From the human T2T-CHM13v2.0 reference genome, Homo sapiens, in assembly GCF_009914755.1 (NCBI RefSeq), contig NC_060928.1: 64,000 nt of DNA; one strand, 5' to 3'. Shown piece after piece: positions 13,510-28,838 of the stretch. A model generated the notes under the pieces. It searched no databases. It was given only the letters and a program-made list of their open reading frames with translations, and was not told where the DNA came from. Position numbers and translations under genes: made by a program. Within the stretch, counting starts at the first letter, position 1. The number at the start of each line of letters is the position of its first letter.

Positions 13510-14460
13510 CAAGTTATTATAAAAATTTTGAAAGTACATGAATACACAAAGAACAGAAAAACCATCCAGAAACCAACTAAACAATCAATTAAGACTTTGA
13601 CATATAGACATCTTGAGAATATGCATATATGATATATGCTGTTTTGTAACTCTCTCCTTCCTCTTTTAAAAGTTGTTAATAAAAGATGATACACCATTTA
13701 GGATAAAACTTTCACAGCATCATTTTAATGAGTACATAGCATTCATAAAATAGATGCATTGTAATTTATTTAACCACATTCTCATATTGCAGGATGGGCT
13801 ATTTTCCATTTTTGTTGTAATAAACAATGCTGCAATGAACATTACATACATAAATCTTTATGCACATCCTTAATCATTTCTTTAGGATAAATTACTAGAT
13901 ACAAAATTGCTGTGTCAAAGCTTATGCATATATTATTTATTTACTGTAACCTAGTTTTTAATCATAAAGTGACAAATGCACTTTGAAAACAATTAATACC
14001 TAAATGTTAAAAAAAGAAAAGTAAAAATGTGCTTTTACTTGGCATCATAAATTAGAGATAAACACTATTATGTTCTTAAAATTTTTTCTGACAATTCTTT
14101 AGTGATAGTCAAGCATATTTAAATAAACACATTTATTCTTTTTATATACAAGGGCTCATAATACATATTCTTTATTGTATTCTTAATTTTTCACTTAATG
14201 TACTTCAGAACTATTTACTCATAATTTTTTATCTCTCTTTTTACCTGTTGCATAGTAATTCATAGTATAAGTGTATATTTTATTTAACTAGTCCTTTCTT
14301 GATAAACATTTAGGTTATTCTTTTTGCCATTCTAATTCATTTTGTGTTGGACATCCATGTACAACTGTCTTTGCAAACTTTTTAAAGCATATAGATAGAA
14401 TGGAATTCTAAAAGTGGAATTGATTTGTCAAAGAGTATGTATATAGTTTAAAATTTGGTA
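13510..14460 (-). mobile_element. Two adjacent ancient L1ME-type 3' fragments
   Basis: Antisense L1M text occurs twice (AAACAATGCTGCAATGAACAT...AAAATTGCTGTGTCAAAG; AAACATTTAGGTTATT...AAAAGTGGAATTGATTTGTCAAAGAGTATG). Confidence 0.65.
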
Positions 14461-14865
14461 TGTAGATGAGTATTTTGTGGAGTTTAATATATGTTAGTGT
14501 TACTATGTTCTTGGAATGTTATTTCTCATATCTATAATGTAAATGAAACAATGCATTTTGAAGTAAAAAATTATCTCCTCAAAATCATGGATAGCTTTAG
14601 TGTTTATTTTCTTGTGATACACACCTATTTTCTGGCTGCACAGAAATAATACTACAATTTAATGATAAAGAGATATTTCTATTTTCAATTAAAATGCTGA
14701 AAAATAACAATCTTTTTCAGGGGACTATTGGATTTGCAAACTAAGCTGTGTTATTTAATGACTTAATATAGAGCTTCATGCTATTTTACCCACGGCCACC
14801 TTCTATTTACATTTATATAACATAAATAATTGTGGAAATTAGGCAACTATCTGGATAATTTTGTT

Positions 14866-15170
14866 TATCCATTAAACAAATATTTAATGAGTGTCTACTG
14901 TATGCCAACCTCCATTCTAGGTATCAAGAATGTAAAAAAGGGCTGTACAAAAACAACTACCCTCATGGTGCCTATATTTTAGTGATGGAAACAAAAACAA
15001 ATTAAGCAAGTAAGATATTGCTTAAATTGTGAGACAGCAATTCATGCAAAGAAAAAATAACAAGAAAGGAGAATAAGGAGTTTTCAGTGGGAGGTAATGC
15101 AATTCTAATTAAAGTGTTGGAGAAAGCCTCATAGAATGGAGACATCTTTGAGGAGACATCTGAAGGTGAG
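14866..15170 (-). mobile_element. L2 3'-end fragment
   Basis: ATCCATTAAACAAATATTTAATGAGTGTCTACTGTATGCC...CCTCATGGTGCCTATATTTTAGTG. Confidence 0.75.
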
Positions 15171-15193
15171 ACAGTTTGATCAATGAAAGCAGG

Positions 15194-15596
15194 TGTGATG
15201 GTCAGTTCAACATGTCAACTAGGCTAGGCTACCACCCCCAGTTATACAATCACACACTAATCTAGGTGTTACTGTGATGGTGTTTTATAGATGGATTAAA
15301 GTCCATAATTAGTTAACTCTAAGGGTGGTGATGCTAGATAATGTAGGTTAACCTGATCCAACCAGTTGAAAAGCTTTAAGAGTAGAGATGAGATTTCCCT
15401 AAAGATTAAGACATTCTACCTGTGGATAGCAGCTTCACCTGGTGCTGAGAGATTCAGTGTTCCCTTCCTGATGGCATGCCCTGAGTATTTGAACTTGCCT
15501 AACTAGGTCTCACAATAATCCAATAGCTTATAATAAATCTCTTCATACATATCTCCTGCTGGTTCTATTTCTGTGGGTAAAGCCTGACAAGATACA
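15194..15596 (+). mobile_element. MLT2 (ERVL) solo LTR
   Basis: TGTGATGGTCAGTT..ATGTCAACTAGGCTAGGC start, AATAAA near 15532, ends GGTTCTATTTCTGTGG...CCTGACAAGATACA (TG...CA). Confidence 0.85.
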
Positions 15597-15831
15597 TTAA
15601 GCTTACCAGATAATTCAGTATATCTTTAATTTTATGCTATGGAATATATGAATGGTCAAAATATATATGACACTTAGAATGGTTCTGTCTAACATCAAAA
15701 TGACCTTTGAATGAGTTCTAACTCTGGACAGTTTCTATTTCCTCCTGATATCTTTCTGGGCACTGTCAACAACTAACAGAACAACTAAACAGAAAATCAG
15801 CATGTATGTTAAAAAAACTAAACAACATCGT

Positions 15832-16243
15832 TGTATTAGTCTGTTCTCACTTGCTACAAAGAAATATATGAGACTGAGTAATTTATAAAGAAAAGAGGCT
15901 TAATTATCTCAGGGTTCTGCAGACTGTATAGGAAGCATGGTGTCATCAGCTTCTGGGGAGGCCTCAGGGAACATACAATCATGGAGGAAGGCAAAGAGGT
16001 GTTTACATGGCCAGAGCAGGAGGAAGAGCAAGAGAGGAGAGGTGCTACACACTTTTAAACAACTAGACCTCTCCATAACTCACTCACTCACTATCACACA
16101 AACAGCACAGAGGGGATGGTGCTAAACCATTCACAAGAAACCTCTCACATGATTCAATCACCTCCCACCAGGCCCCACCTCCAACATTGGGGATTACAAT
16201 TGAACATGAGATTTGGGTGGGGACACAAATCCAAACCATTGCA
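15832..16243 (-). mobile_element. MSTA (MaLR) solo LTR
   Basis: TGTATTAGTCTGTTCTCAC...GAGATTTGGGTGGGGACACAAATCCAAACCATTGCA; 5-bp TSD ATCGT/ATCAT (one CpG-type change). Confidence 0.9.
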
Positions 16244-16448
16244 ATCATCCACCAACAAGGTCTGAATAACATTTATAAAACACCAGACAACAGCAGAATA
16301 CACATTCTTTTTTAAGTTTCAATGAACATATTCCAAAATAGACTTCTCTGGGAGCCATAAAACAAACTTCAACAAATTTAATATTATTGAAATCATGCAG
16401 AGGGTCCTTTCTGACCACAATTAAATCAAATTAGAAATCTAACAGGTA

Positions 16449-16739
<291 letters not shown>

Positions 16740-16869
16740 CTAACAGGTAGATAATAGGAAAATCTCCATACACTTGGAAACTAAACAACACATTTCTAAA
16801 TACTCTGTAGTTCAAAGATGACATCTCAAGGAAAATTCAAAAACACATTAAACTGAATGAAAATCCAAC

Positions 16870-17245
16870 TGCTATGGTCTGAATGTTTGGCTCACCCCAA
16901 AATTTATATGTTTAAATCATCCCCCACCACTCAAGTTTATGGTATTTGGAGGTGGAACCTTTGGGAGATGATTAGATCATGAAGGCAGAGTCCTTGTAGA
17001 CGGAGTTACTGTCCTTATAGAAGACACCACACTGTGTCCTCACATGAAACTCTTTTAACATGTGAGGACATCGTGAGGAGGCAACATCTATGAACCAGGC
17101 AAAGGGGCCCTTACCAGACACTGAATCTGCTGGCACCTTGGTCTTTGACCTCCTAGCCCCAAGAACTGTGAGAAATAAATTTCTGTTGTTTATAAGCTAC
17201 TCAGCTTATGGTATTTTATTACAGGAGCCTGAATGAATTAAGACA
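16870..17245 (+). mobile_element. MLT1A0-like (MaLR) solo LTR
   Basis: TGCTATGGTCTGAATGTTT start; AGAACTGTGAGAAATAAATTTCTGTTGTTTATAAGC; ends TAAGACA; no matching TSD. Confidence 0.88.
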
Positions 17246-19691
17246 GACTAGTATCTAGAATATATAAGGAACTCTCAAACTCAACAGTTAAAAATTAAAC
17301 AATCCAATTAGAAAATTGGCAGAGGTATAAACATTTCAGCGAAGAAGACATGCAGATGGCAAGCTAACATGATAGAAGATCTTCAACATCCTTAGCCATT
17401 AGGGATGCAATTTAAAGCTACAACGAGATACCACTACACACCTATCTGAATGGCTGAAAGAAAAAATAATGACAACACCAAATACTGATGAGGACGTGGA
17501 GAAACGGAATCATTCAACATTGCTGGTGGGAATATAAAAATTGAGCAGCTACTCTGGAAAATGGCTAGGTAGTTTCCTTAAAAATGAATCGTGCAACTTC
17601 CATATAACTCAGCAATTGCACTTCTGGACATTTATCTCAGATAAATAAAAACTTACTGTCTCACACACACACAAAAAAACCCCGAACAAACATTTATACT
17701 AGCTTTATTCATAGTAGCCAATGGCTGGAAACAACCTGGATGTCCTCTAATGAGTGAATAATCAGACCACAATACATCCATGCCTGGAATATTCCTCAGC
17801 AAGAAACAGGAACAAACTATTGATGTATACTACAGCTTCAGTAAATCTTCAGATAATTTTGATGAAAGAAAAAAACCAATCTCAAAACGTTATGTACAGA
17901 GTAACTACGTCTTACAATGTCAAATTAGAGAAACGAAGAATAGATCAGTGTCTGTCAAGAGTTAAGGAGGTGGGGTGAGGTGGGGCTGGTGCCTGGTGAG
18001 AGAGAAATGTGTGTGGCTATAAAAGGGCAACATGAGAGATCTTTGTGTAATGGAAATGTTCTGTATTTTGACTGTTTCAATGTTGATATCTTGGTTATAA
18101 TATTATACTACAATCTCACAAGATGTTGCCATTTAGTACAAATGGATAAATGGTAAATGGGATCTCTGTATTATTTCTTACAACTGCATGGGATTTATAA
18201 TTTTCACAAAATTTAAAAGTTTGATTAAAAAACAAAATTTATAAGATTAATATGCTGTATAATGTTACTTCTTTAGAAGTACTCCATTTCATGAGTGCTA
18301 AAATGCTAGTTTTTAAAAATAATTTGTGTAATGTTGTGTTTATTTCAGCATGTATTTTACTAATGAACATTGTTTAATTTGGCACCACTATTTTCTGCCT
18401 ATTTGAACCCACTCATTTATGTATTAAATATTGTTTCACTTTTCCAATTCCTCCCAACAATATAAATTAATTTTATGCAGAATTTTATTTCTCAACATTA
18501 CTTTTCAAAGCCAGAATGTTGTTAAGTGTATGCTTCTCTAGAAAAAATTTTATGAAATTTCTGAATTCCAATATAAACTACAAACTAATAAAAGCAGGAA
18601 CAATCTGAGTCACTACAAATTATTTTGTCCATGAATAGTAGAATAAGGAAAATATAATGTATTATTATATTTACATTAAATATATACATAAATTAAAATA
18701 TAATGTATAATTATATAAATGCCTAAAGCATTTTTCAATATGAAAACAAAATTAAAATACTTTGAACAAATGACCTTTTTGAATGTTTAATGGATAATCC
18801 ATGAACACTTGCAGTGACTTTTGATAGTTTGTCAAACAATTTTAATTAAAGTAATTTCCTTATGAGGCAATCACATTGCTCATAAAAATCTGAAATATGT
18901 ATTGAAGACATCCTAGGGATATACTAATTCAAGTCTATTAGGTAAGAATGACAAAAATAATAGTTACACCAGCATCTGTTCTAGTATCTTTGTTAAGGGT
19001 ACACATAACTTTTTGTAAAAGGAAGTTTTTCTATGGTTTTCACAAAAATAGTCACATGAACTTTGGCAAATATTATTTTGCAAATGCCACTCTTAAGAGA
19101 AGTATGGCTAGCAGTAACCTGACATTTATAACTATTCTAAATAATGCAACAAAAGCATTTTCAAGGTTCATGTGCATCTTTTCATATGCAGACTTTGCAG
19201 TTCTCTTTAATAATTTAGCTTGTTTGGACACACCTTACTGAATCATATTTTTTGAGTTGAAAAATATATTACCTTGTGAGTCAGTCAAGCGTTTGCAAAA
19301 AGTCATAATCTTGGTTCCCTGCTTTACCTGACCCTGTTTTGGTTTTGCTTGGCTTCTACTATTCTTGATCAGATGTTTGCTAGATCTTTGGCAGGTAATC
19401 ATATTTGTGGACCACACTCATCTATTAGATATCTGTTCAATTAACCAAAGTAATCATGTAGAGTTTATATAGTTAATTGGCTGAGAATCTGACTTCCTAA
19501 AAATTTGATTACTAATATTTCAGATGCTTTTTCTAGATAACCTAGACTCATTCTCGGAAGCTTGAGTCTGACTTTTGCATTCCGGATTCACTTGACTGTG
19601 AATCACATAATTTCTTACTCTTTTTCTAGCTTGATAATCTCTGCTTATCAGTTTCCATTCTAAGAATGTATTAATTTCTACAGTGACCTGA

Positions 19692-20031
<340 letters not shown>

Positions 20032-22403
20032 TGAAAACTAGAAATTTAAAATAATGAGTAAAAAGTGGAGACTACTTCATTTGCATCTCTGGATCACTAT
20101 TAAGTTATTGACAAAATGAATACTCATATCATACAATTTATTGTTCTATGTAAATAATAATATCCTATTACATTTTAATAAAACTCATGTTTGCTTTGGT
20201 GACACTTTTTAAAACAAAGGTTATAGACAAAATCATGATACTTACAAAAATTTTGGTAAAGGCTCACAGTGTGGCACAGGACATACTGGGAGTTCATATC
20301 CCCACTGTCTCACTTAATAGCTGCAGAATCTTAAGTAATTTTCTTAATCTCTTAGATGGGCTAATGCATTTACACCAGTGCTAGGAATATAGTAAATGCT
20401 CAGCAAATGAAAGTTCTTCCTATGATTATTCTTATAACTAGTACAATGAGTACAACTAGGATAACTAGTACAACCACTACTCTTTTAAGTACCAGTACTC
20501 CACTACTACTTAGACTAGAAGAAAGAGAGAAAAGTAATACTACAGAATGCAAAATAAATAAATAACTGATGAACATCAATAGCTTTATGATAGAAGGCAT
20601 TATTTAGTGTTCCTTATATTACACTGTTATAATTAAAAAGATTGAGATGTTCTTTTATTAGACATTGCTAATCATAAATCCCACTTTGGAAACATTTTCA
20701 TTTCCCTAGCTCAGTATTCCCAGTGGATACTTTTTTGATTATGATAGTTCAAGTGGTATTTAATGTTGGTTATCATCAAAATGAATTCTTTTGATTTGGA
20801 ATGGCATTAGTTTAATGGCTACTATATTTCTTGTAATGTAAAATAATGTAGAAAAAGTTTATTTTGCCCAAATGCAGTTGAATGGGAAAATTTCAACTCT
20901 AATACACTGCTTAAATACAAACACTTTTGGAAGGAACACTATTATTCAAATTCACAATCAGAAAAAGACATATTTAGGATAAATATTATGTTAATTCTTA
21001 TTTAAAAAATCACAAACATTCCATGTATATTTGAGTGTGTAATCCCAGATGAACTTTAATCCCTGGATATATCTAATGTGAACTTACCCCCTTTGTTTCC
21101 TATTGAAATTGGTTCTAATTAAAAATAAATTACATATTTTTCAACTTTCAAAATATTATTGCCACAAGTTAATTCTCTCTACTGTAGAGAGAACCATACC
21201 TACATAGGATTTCCATAGCCACATGGAATTTGATTCTATTGCAGAATTCATTCTATAAACATTTGTTGCATAACTTTTAAATCTGAATTGCTATACAAAA
21301 CGCAGTTCTGTGTATAGTGCCTCAAGGTAAAGATGATTGTTACACAATCTGCCCTTCTTTTCTGCCACCAGAAGAAGCAGAATTCACTCTCTACAATTTT
21401 ATTAACGTGTCTTTTTGTCCCTATTTTCTCAAAGTTAGAATTTAAACAAAAGATTCCAAAAATAAAATCATGGAAAAAAGGTTTTTCATGAGATGGATGG
21501 AGATGACTGCAATACTATAAAGCTATTGCAATAGCTTTAATTATTCATCAAATGGAAAGTTTCACTACCAAGGCTGCCAAAGACTACAGCATCTTCATAG
21601 TGTATTTGCCTCCAAGCTGTACTTCAGTGCACAGAAAGAAGCCACAAATAAATAGCAACATGACTAAAGGGTGTTAAATGTCAAATTTAATTCACTCAAC
21701 AATTTCTGAATTTCTAGAAAAAGAGTTTAAGAGCTAAGCAATAGGCACTTTTTGTAAGTCTGAAGGTAATCTGTTTCATGTTTGCAAAACAAGTACACTT
21801 CCCCATGCAATTCAAACATTGAAAGAAAAATTTAAATATTTAGAAAGCATGTTCTGTACAGATTTAAACCAGCTTTTAGAGTACTGTACATCTCAATTTG
21901 AAAATTATTTTTATGTTTTATCCAGGGATATATAATTAACAGATGCCATTCTTCATTATAATATCTAAATATTTTTAAATTGTTGGCAATGTTGGGATTT
22001 AATGTAACATACATATGTGAGATGACTTAGAATAGATGAAATATAGGCGATTAAATCACTGAAGTAACAATAACAGATCAAAAGATATGTAACAAGGAAG
22101 AGATTCATGTAATCTTTAAAATGAGTTTTCCACTGACAATATAATAGAGATTGCAATTTATGGAGTTTTAAAGTAAGAGTATTTTTAAATCTCTTTACTG
22201 AATTACTCAACGCAAGTCTTTACAAATGCAAAAGCATAATGCCAATTACAACTTAATGTACATATATCAATGAAGAGTTAAAGTAGTATAGGCCTGGTCA
22301 CCTAATTTTTTAACTTAGTACAGAGATTTAGCTACCTGAGTCAATGTTTCTCAGACATCATTAAACATAAGTATTACCCAGAAATTTGTCTAGCTCCAAA
22401 TAC

Positions 22404-22442
22404 ACTATATTTTGATACTATATTTTGGTACTATATTTTGAT
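22404..22442. repeat. Three tandem copies of a 13-mer
   Basis: ACTATATTTTGAT ACTATATTTTGGT ACTATATTTTGAT. Confidence 0.92.
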
Positions 22443-22540
22443 TTAGTGAGGACCAGGAAGCTATTTAAACTAATTCTCCAGGAAATTCTGAGGAAGTTGT
22501 TCAAAGGAGGAGTCTTCTAGACTATCCATCTAATAAATAT

Positions 22541-22700
22541 GTTATATTTCATGATCTAAGATGCCACCAATTATAATATGGATCCTTAAGTATTTCTAAA
22601 AAAGAAAACTAAATAGTGTCAATTATACAGTCTAAGTATAGGATGAATTTTAATTTTAGGGAAATTAAAATATGTTCATCTTGAGATTGTTGAAATACCA
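22541..22700. mobile_element. MER104-like Tc2/mariner MITE remnant
   Basis: Degenerate inverted ends TATTTCATGATCTAAGATG ... CATCTTGAGATTGTTGAAATA. Confidence 0.5.
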
Positions 22701-22845
22701 TATTACTTCTCTCTACTAAGTTTGTTTTGACATCAGTTGAATAGCAGATTAAACATTAAACTCTCTAATAAATGTCTGATTCAATCAAATTTATTTTATT
22801 TACATTCTATACTCTGTGCCAAGAGTTTTGATAGGCATCTGTTCT

Positions 22846-23420
22846 TACTATCTTTTGCTGAATTAAAAGCAACAACAACAACAACAAAACCCCAAAACAC
22901 TACCCCAAAACAGGATCTTTAAGCAGTAATTTATTATTATTTTACTTTGTTCTGTGAATTGATTGGGCTTAGCTGGGCAATTCTCACTTGAGATGTCTCA
23001 CACAGTTACAGTCAAATGCTGGCTGGAGCTACACACTGTCAAATTAAGGCTCAAATAAGGCTGGACTTCCAAGGTTGCTCATTTACAGTGCTGGTGGTTG
23101 ACACTGGCTATTGGCTTAAAAGTCAGCTGAGGATTTTAACTGGAGTACCTACCTTGGCCTCTCTTTGTGGCTTGGGCTTCATAGCAGGCTGTTAGTTTCC
23201 TGAGAGGGAGAATTCCAAGAGCAAATGTTTCAAGAGGCTCAATCTGAAGTTCTTCTGACCCAGCCCCTGGTCATTATGACCATAGTATCACCTCCACTGC
23301 ATTCTGTGGGTCAAAAGTGAGTCACAATTAGTTTACAGTCAAGGAGAGGAGACTGCATAGGGTGTGACTATCAGGAACCATGGCTCACTGGAGCACCATC
23401 TTTGGAGTCTAGCTAACACA
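22846..23420 (-). mobile_element. MLT1 (H/G-like) MaLR LTR
   Basis: TACCCCAAAAC...GGGCTTAGCTGGGCAATTCT...GGCTCACTGGAGCACCATCTTTGGAGTCTAGCTAACACA antisense MLT1 pattern. Confidence 0.75.
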
Positions 23421-23599
23421 GCATCTTGGTATGTAATCTAATTTAGTCTTAATTAAAACTTCTAGAAGATATTGTGTTAGCCAAATGGAGCTGGTTCTTT
23501 TGATAACTCTCAGAAAATGACCCATTTCAAGAATAGTGAGCTCTTTACATAATGAGTTAGCTTAATCCCTGACAATTTTTTTTTTAAAGTTTGCCCTTT

Positions 23600-23872
23600 A
23601 TTCTTTCTTTCTTTTCCTTCTTGTTGCCCAGGCTGGAGTGCAATGGCATGATCTTGGCTCACTGCAACCTCTGCCTCCTGGATTCTCCTTGTCTACCATG
23701 ACCAAACTTCAGGCTTCATTCATTCTCCTGCCTCAGCCTCCCAAGTAGCTGGGATTACAGGCGCCCGCCACCACGCCCGGCTAATTTTTTGTATTTTTAG
23801 TACAGATGGAGTTTCACCATGTTGGCCAGGCTGGTCTCGAACTCCTGACCTCAGGTGATCTGCCTGCCTCGG
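23600..23872 (-). mobile_element. 5'-truncated AluSq/Sp-like element carrying a non-Alu insertion
   Basis: TCTTGTTGCCCAGG and GCAATGGC diagnostics; stops at CCTGCCTCGG, so the A box is missing; TSD AAG(T/G)TTGCCCTTT at 23587-23599 and 23873-23885; foreign sequence at 23683-23721. Confidence 0.93.
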
Positions 23873-24149
23873 AAGGTTGCCCTTTCTATTGTCACCTGCT
23901 TAAAGGCAAGCTTTTGCGTTTTCAGCCTGATTGATCAGTGAAACATCTTGAATGTAAAAAAGTCATTTTGAGCTCCCCATAATTCCTCCACCTTCACGCC
24001 ACATACTCCTTTTTTTTTTATTGGTCTCTCCCCCTCCTCCCTTCCCAGACAGCTAGAACCAAGCAGGGAAAAATCAAGGGTCATTTTAAAATTAAATTAT
24101 CATGCTTCATTTGGAAACCACAAAAAGCACCTACATGGCATATCAATCA

Positions 24150-24714
<565 letters not shown>

Positions 24715-26059
24715 TGACTCAGTTGATGCTGAACTGTTCTTTCTCCTAGCAATTGATCAATATTTCCAGTTACTTTCTAAGGCAGTTCTTGATTTATGAT
24801 AACGTAATTTAAAGCTGTTATTTGTCGCCTCAATGACTCCCTTCATGCTGGCACCTGCCCTGCTTATTTTTAAACTTTTACCTAGTTTTTGCCTGTATTT
24901 GGGTACCCGTCCCCAACTTGTATATTCAAGCCCTAAGCCTAATGACTTCCCCATTCTAGCTCTTCCTCCTTTCCATGTTGACTCAATTACATTGAAATTA
25001 CCCAGTGAGGATCCTTCCTGCCTGCCACAAGTTGCCCGACCCATGACACTCCATAAAGGCATTGGCTCATGGGTCCTTGCTCTGATTTCTCCTTGTCTAC
25101 CATGACCAAACTTCAGGCTTTTGGGTGACTGGTGTGGATTACAGGCCATGCAGTGCCTCCCTGTCTGGGACCTTTAACCTCATACGCTTCACCCTTTAAT
25201 CTCATATGCCTCTCCAAGGGTAATTTTCACAGCTTTGTTGGAGTGATACTTGCAGACTCCACAACAGGGACCTACTTCCTCATTTACAATGAAGTTAGTA
25301 AGCTGTTTGTTATATTAGAAGAAGCAACTTGTCTTCCTGTTGCTGCTGTGGCAGAGAAAATACATGCAGCTCCTCTCAATGAAGTATTAGATTGTCCAAA
25401 TAATCTTAAAAGAGGAGGTAGAATTTAGCCTTGTCTTTTGCTGCTTAAGAACAGATTTTGCTATGCTAAGATTCCAGTCTTACCTATTCTACACATGTAG
25501 CAATATAATGTTACAATCTCAGAGACAATATCATATGTCAATGTAATGGGACTTATGGTGAAATCTAAGAGCTTATCCCAAAGGTAGTACTGTCTAGAAA
25601 ATCAAAGACTAATCAATAAATTAATGTCACACAGCATTATGCTATATTTTCCAGAATATTTCCTACATTTGCTTGCTTTTCATGGCAGTTTTTTTGCAGC
25701 TTTTGCAGATTTACGAAAAGTTATATAGAGCTTAGATGAATTTACTGCAGCGAGTCGGGTGTGAAATTTTGGGATAAAAAAAGAGTTGGTCTTTCTGAGC
25801 AATTTGCTGGAGATGAGGACAGTTCCTCTCTGGACAGTGTCAGTTTGTCTTTCAACTGAGCTGAACTCCTTTAAGCATGTTATATCCACATCAGACAATC
25901 AACCATCATGCTTTCTCTCTTTGTGGTAACCTGTAAGACTTTATCATACCCCCAGTATGATTTAGGTCCCAGCAGAAAAATACCTAGTGTAATCTAAAAA
26001 GTAACTGCCTGAGATTTGCAGCTGACTTAGAATTCTGAGCTATTTTCCTCATTTTCAGA

Positions 26060-27290
26060 TTCAACAAATGCTCTTTTTATGCACAGCTACTGTGTGTAAA
26101 CAATGATCACCTTTGCCATCAAAGGTCTTACCATCTGGGGGAAATACATAGAAATAAGCAATGAAAATTATGGGAGGTCAAGTACTGTATGATAGTACAA
26201 AGTACCGGGGGAACACAAAATACTCCCCCAGTATTTGCATTCTGAAGACACCTTCCCAGCAGAAACTACTTCTAAAGCACAAACCTGCAGAAAAATTAAG
26301 AGTGAAAGGGATTTGTGGGAAGAGTGTCCCGGACAGGGGAACCAGTTTATGCAAAGACTTACCCATGAATGAGGAAGAAGACGGTGAACATGTAGAACTG
26401 AGAAATGATTAGCTTGACTATAACACAGAAAGTAGGGGGTGAAGGTGAGAGTTAGTGCTGGCGATATTAGCAAGGGCCATGTCATGTATCTATGCTAAGT
26501 ATTTTGAACTTATGCTGAAGGCAAGGGGTGCCAATGAAACTCTTTAAGTGAGGGAAGAAAAACTGGGCTTCATAATGAATAAATGAGTTCCTCAAATGGT
26601 AACTTGGGGAGTAGAATTGTAGGTGGGGAAGAGGATAATGACTTAAGACAAAGCAGCCTCTGAAAATGCTTTCAGGACAATTAACTGATGAGCCAAGTGC
26701 ATGCTTTGGGAGCAGAGTGTTCATTCATTCATTCATTCATTCAACAGAAATGTATTGTTTACCTACTCTATATCAAAGACTACTCAAGTCATTAGCAGAT
26801 ATAGCAGTGAACAAACCAGACCATATCTTTGCCATCATAGAGTTTATTTATATAAATGAATATATGCCAAGTATTTGTCCTCTAAGAAAAATAAAACACT
26901 ATTAGAAAATGGAGACTGCAGGGAGGAAGGTGTGATTTTGTAACTGGTGGTCAGGGAAATGTTCACACCCCGTCTGTTACTTTTCTCTGGATGCTTCTTG
27001 TCTGAGAAAAAAAGTTACAATGTTTGTTTACCTATTCATTCAATATTCCTTTAATGCCTCTGTGTACTAGGGACTCTGTAAGGCCTTGTGGCAGTGCCAT
27101 GGCAGGTAGAGAGGCAGGAAAGCTCAATACAGCAGTACTTTGTAAGCCATGTTAAAGGTTAAAAGTTTGGATGTTTTTCCTAGGAACAATGAAAGTCATT
27201 GTGATGTTTTAATTAAGAATTCCATGTGATCATGTTTGTATTTTTAAAAGATCATTCTGACTATAGTTAGAGGAATGAATTGATTAACAG
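26060..27290 (-). mobile_element. Cluster of L2 fragments
   Basis: Repeated antisense L2 3' ends, e.g. (TTCA)n at 26720-26745 then ACAGAAATGTATTG, and TTTAAAAGATCATTCTGACT. Confidence 0.7.
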
Positions 27291-28630
27291 GGCTTAAATA
27301 GGTTCTCTTCAACTGAAGGGAAAAGAATAGATTTTCCTTGCTTAGCTACTAGTAGTGATGGCTAAATTTCCTTTCTTTCAAGGAAAAGTAATACTTTTTG
27401 TTTTACTATGATAAAAGGTCTTTATTCATTTTCAGAGTCATAAACAAATTTCCTATGAATACACTTTTTCCTCTTGAGTGCAGAATTTTTTGTGAAGGCT
27501 AAGACGTGAATGTATTAACTGAGTGAATTTATCAAAGAAATTCTAACATGTCATTTGCTAATTGAGGGACTTTTGCATCTAACAAAGAGTAATATCTTTA
27601 TACAAGACATTTGATTGGCAGCAGAAACACACATTTTATTATTTAAAATGCACCAGACACACTTTTATTTCATGGCTAAACACCTTTCTTATTCATGTTT
27701 TATGTAAGTGGAATTTCAAAATATTTGTTTATATAGCATTCTGCAAAGAAATATCCTAATACAGATTTGGCCATATTAAAAAAAAAAATGCCTTATGTGC
27801 CATATTGCTCAGAAGGCATGTTTATGAATAAGTTTTCAAAGCTCCATATGCACAAATATGAAATACAAAGTCTTCCTCCAAATAGTAAGAATATAGCCCC
27901 ATTCTACATTTGCTGGTTTATACTGCTAACATTTATCTGCATCTCCATATCCCAAGATTTGCAAATCAGATAATTCTGTTGCATTATGCCGCCAAATATA
28001 AACAGCTGGCTCTCTTTGGCGAGCAGAATATCACCTGAACATTTAATGCAGCCCTTCCTCTAGGATACCTTTCATCATCAGAATTTAGGGAAGCACAGTT
28101 GCTTGGCATGTTTCAAATGTACTATTCTCTAGAGTTTTACAGCTCATGGATTCTCTTGATAACTATAATAACAAGAGACATGACAAGGACAAGATATTAA
28201 TATTAAGCATTGTGAATGAAATCTTATGAACCTGTGAGTGGGACATTTCAGGGAAGCCCTCCGAAATTTTAAATAGGCAGTTTAATATAGTGATACCATC
28301 TTAAATTATTTTCAAGTGGAATAAAATTCAGTCATTGGAGTTTTGAGGAGCCACAGTGTATACAAATACATAATAGGGAGAGTTTCTCCATCAATCCATA
28401 TATGGAACACATTTATTTTATTTTTCCAGAATTAGAAAAAATATTTACTAGCTTACGTTCATAAAGTTACAGGTGAAAACACAAAAATAAGAAATCAGGA
28501 CTAATTTGGAAAAGAAATGATATGAATGAATATAAGAACAAGAGATATCAATGTTTACCACCTTGTACCCCGGCCATGTGACACTTGGCTTCAGGCTTTG
28601 CTTGTCTTTTTGTTCACCCATGGTCTAGGC

Positions 28631-28838
28631 CAGTGCTGTCCAATAGAACTTTCTACAGTGAGAGAAATCTTTCATATCTTTGTTGTTCAAAATGATGCCT
28701 GCTAGCCACTTGTGGCTATTGAACATATAAAATGTGGTAAGAGCAACCAAAGAAATGCATGTTACATTTTATTTAATTTAAATTAATGGAAACTTTAAAT
28801 CGTGCACCCAGATAGTGGCTATCACATTGAACATGTGT
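28631..28838. mobile_element. MER3 (hAT-Charlie MITE)
   Basis: CAGTGCTGTCCAATAGAACTTTCT start, TAGCCACTTGTGGCTA internal palindrome; perfect 8-bp TSD GTCTAGGC at 28623-28630 and 28839-28846. Confidence 0.92.

Noticed and set aside
20430-20520. ACT/AGT-rich degenerate repeat giving a hydrophobic minus-strand ORF
   Set aside because: Low-complexity sequence next to a MIR remnant; the apparent transmembrane segment is an artefact.
24757-25428. Cluster of 90-130 aa ORFs in unique sequence
   Set aside because: No recognisable domain, overlapping on both strands, and no consistent splice signals; lengths are within chance range.
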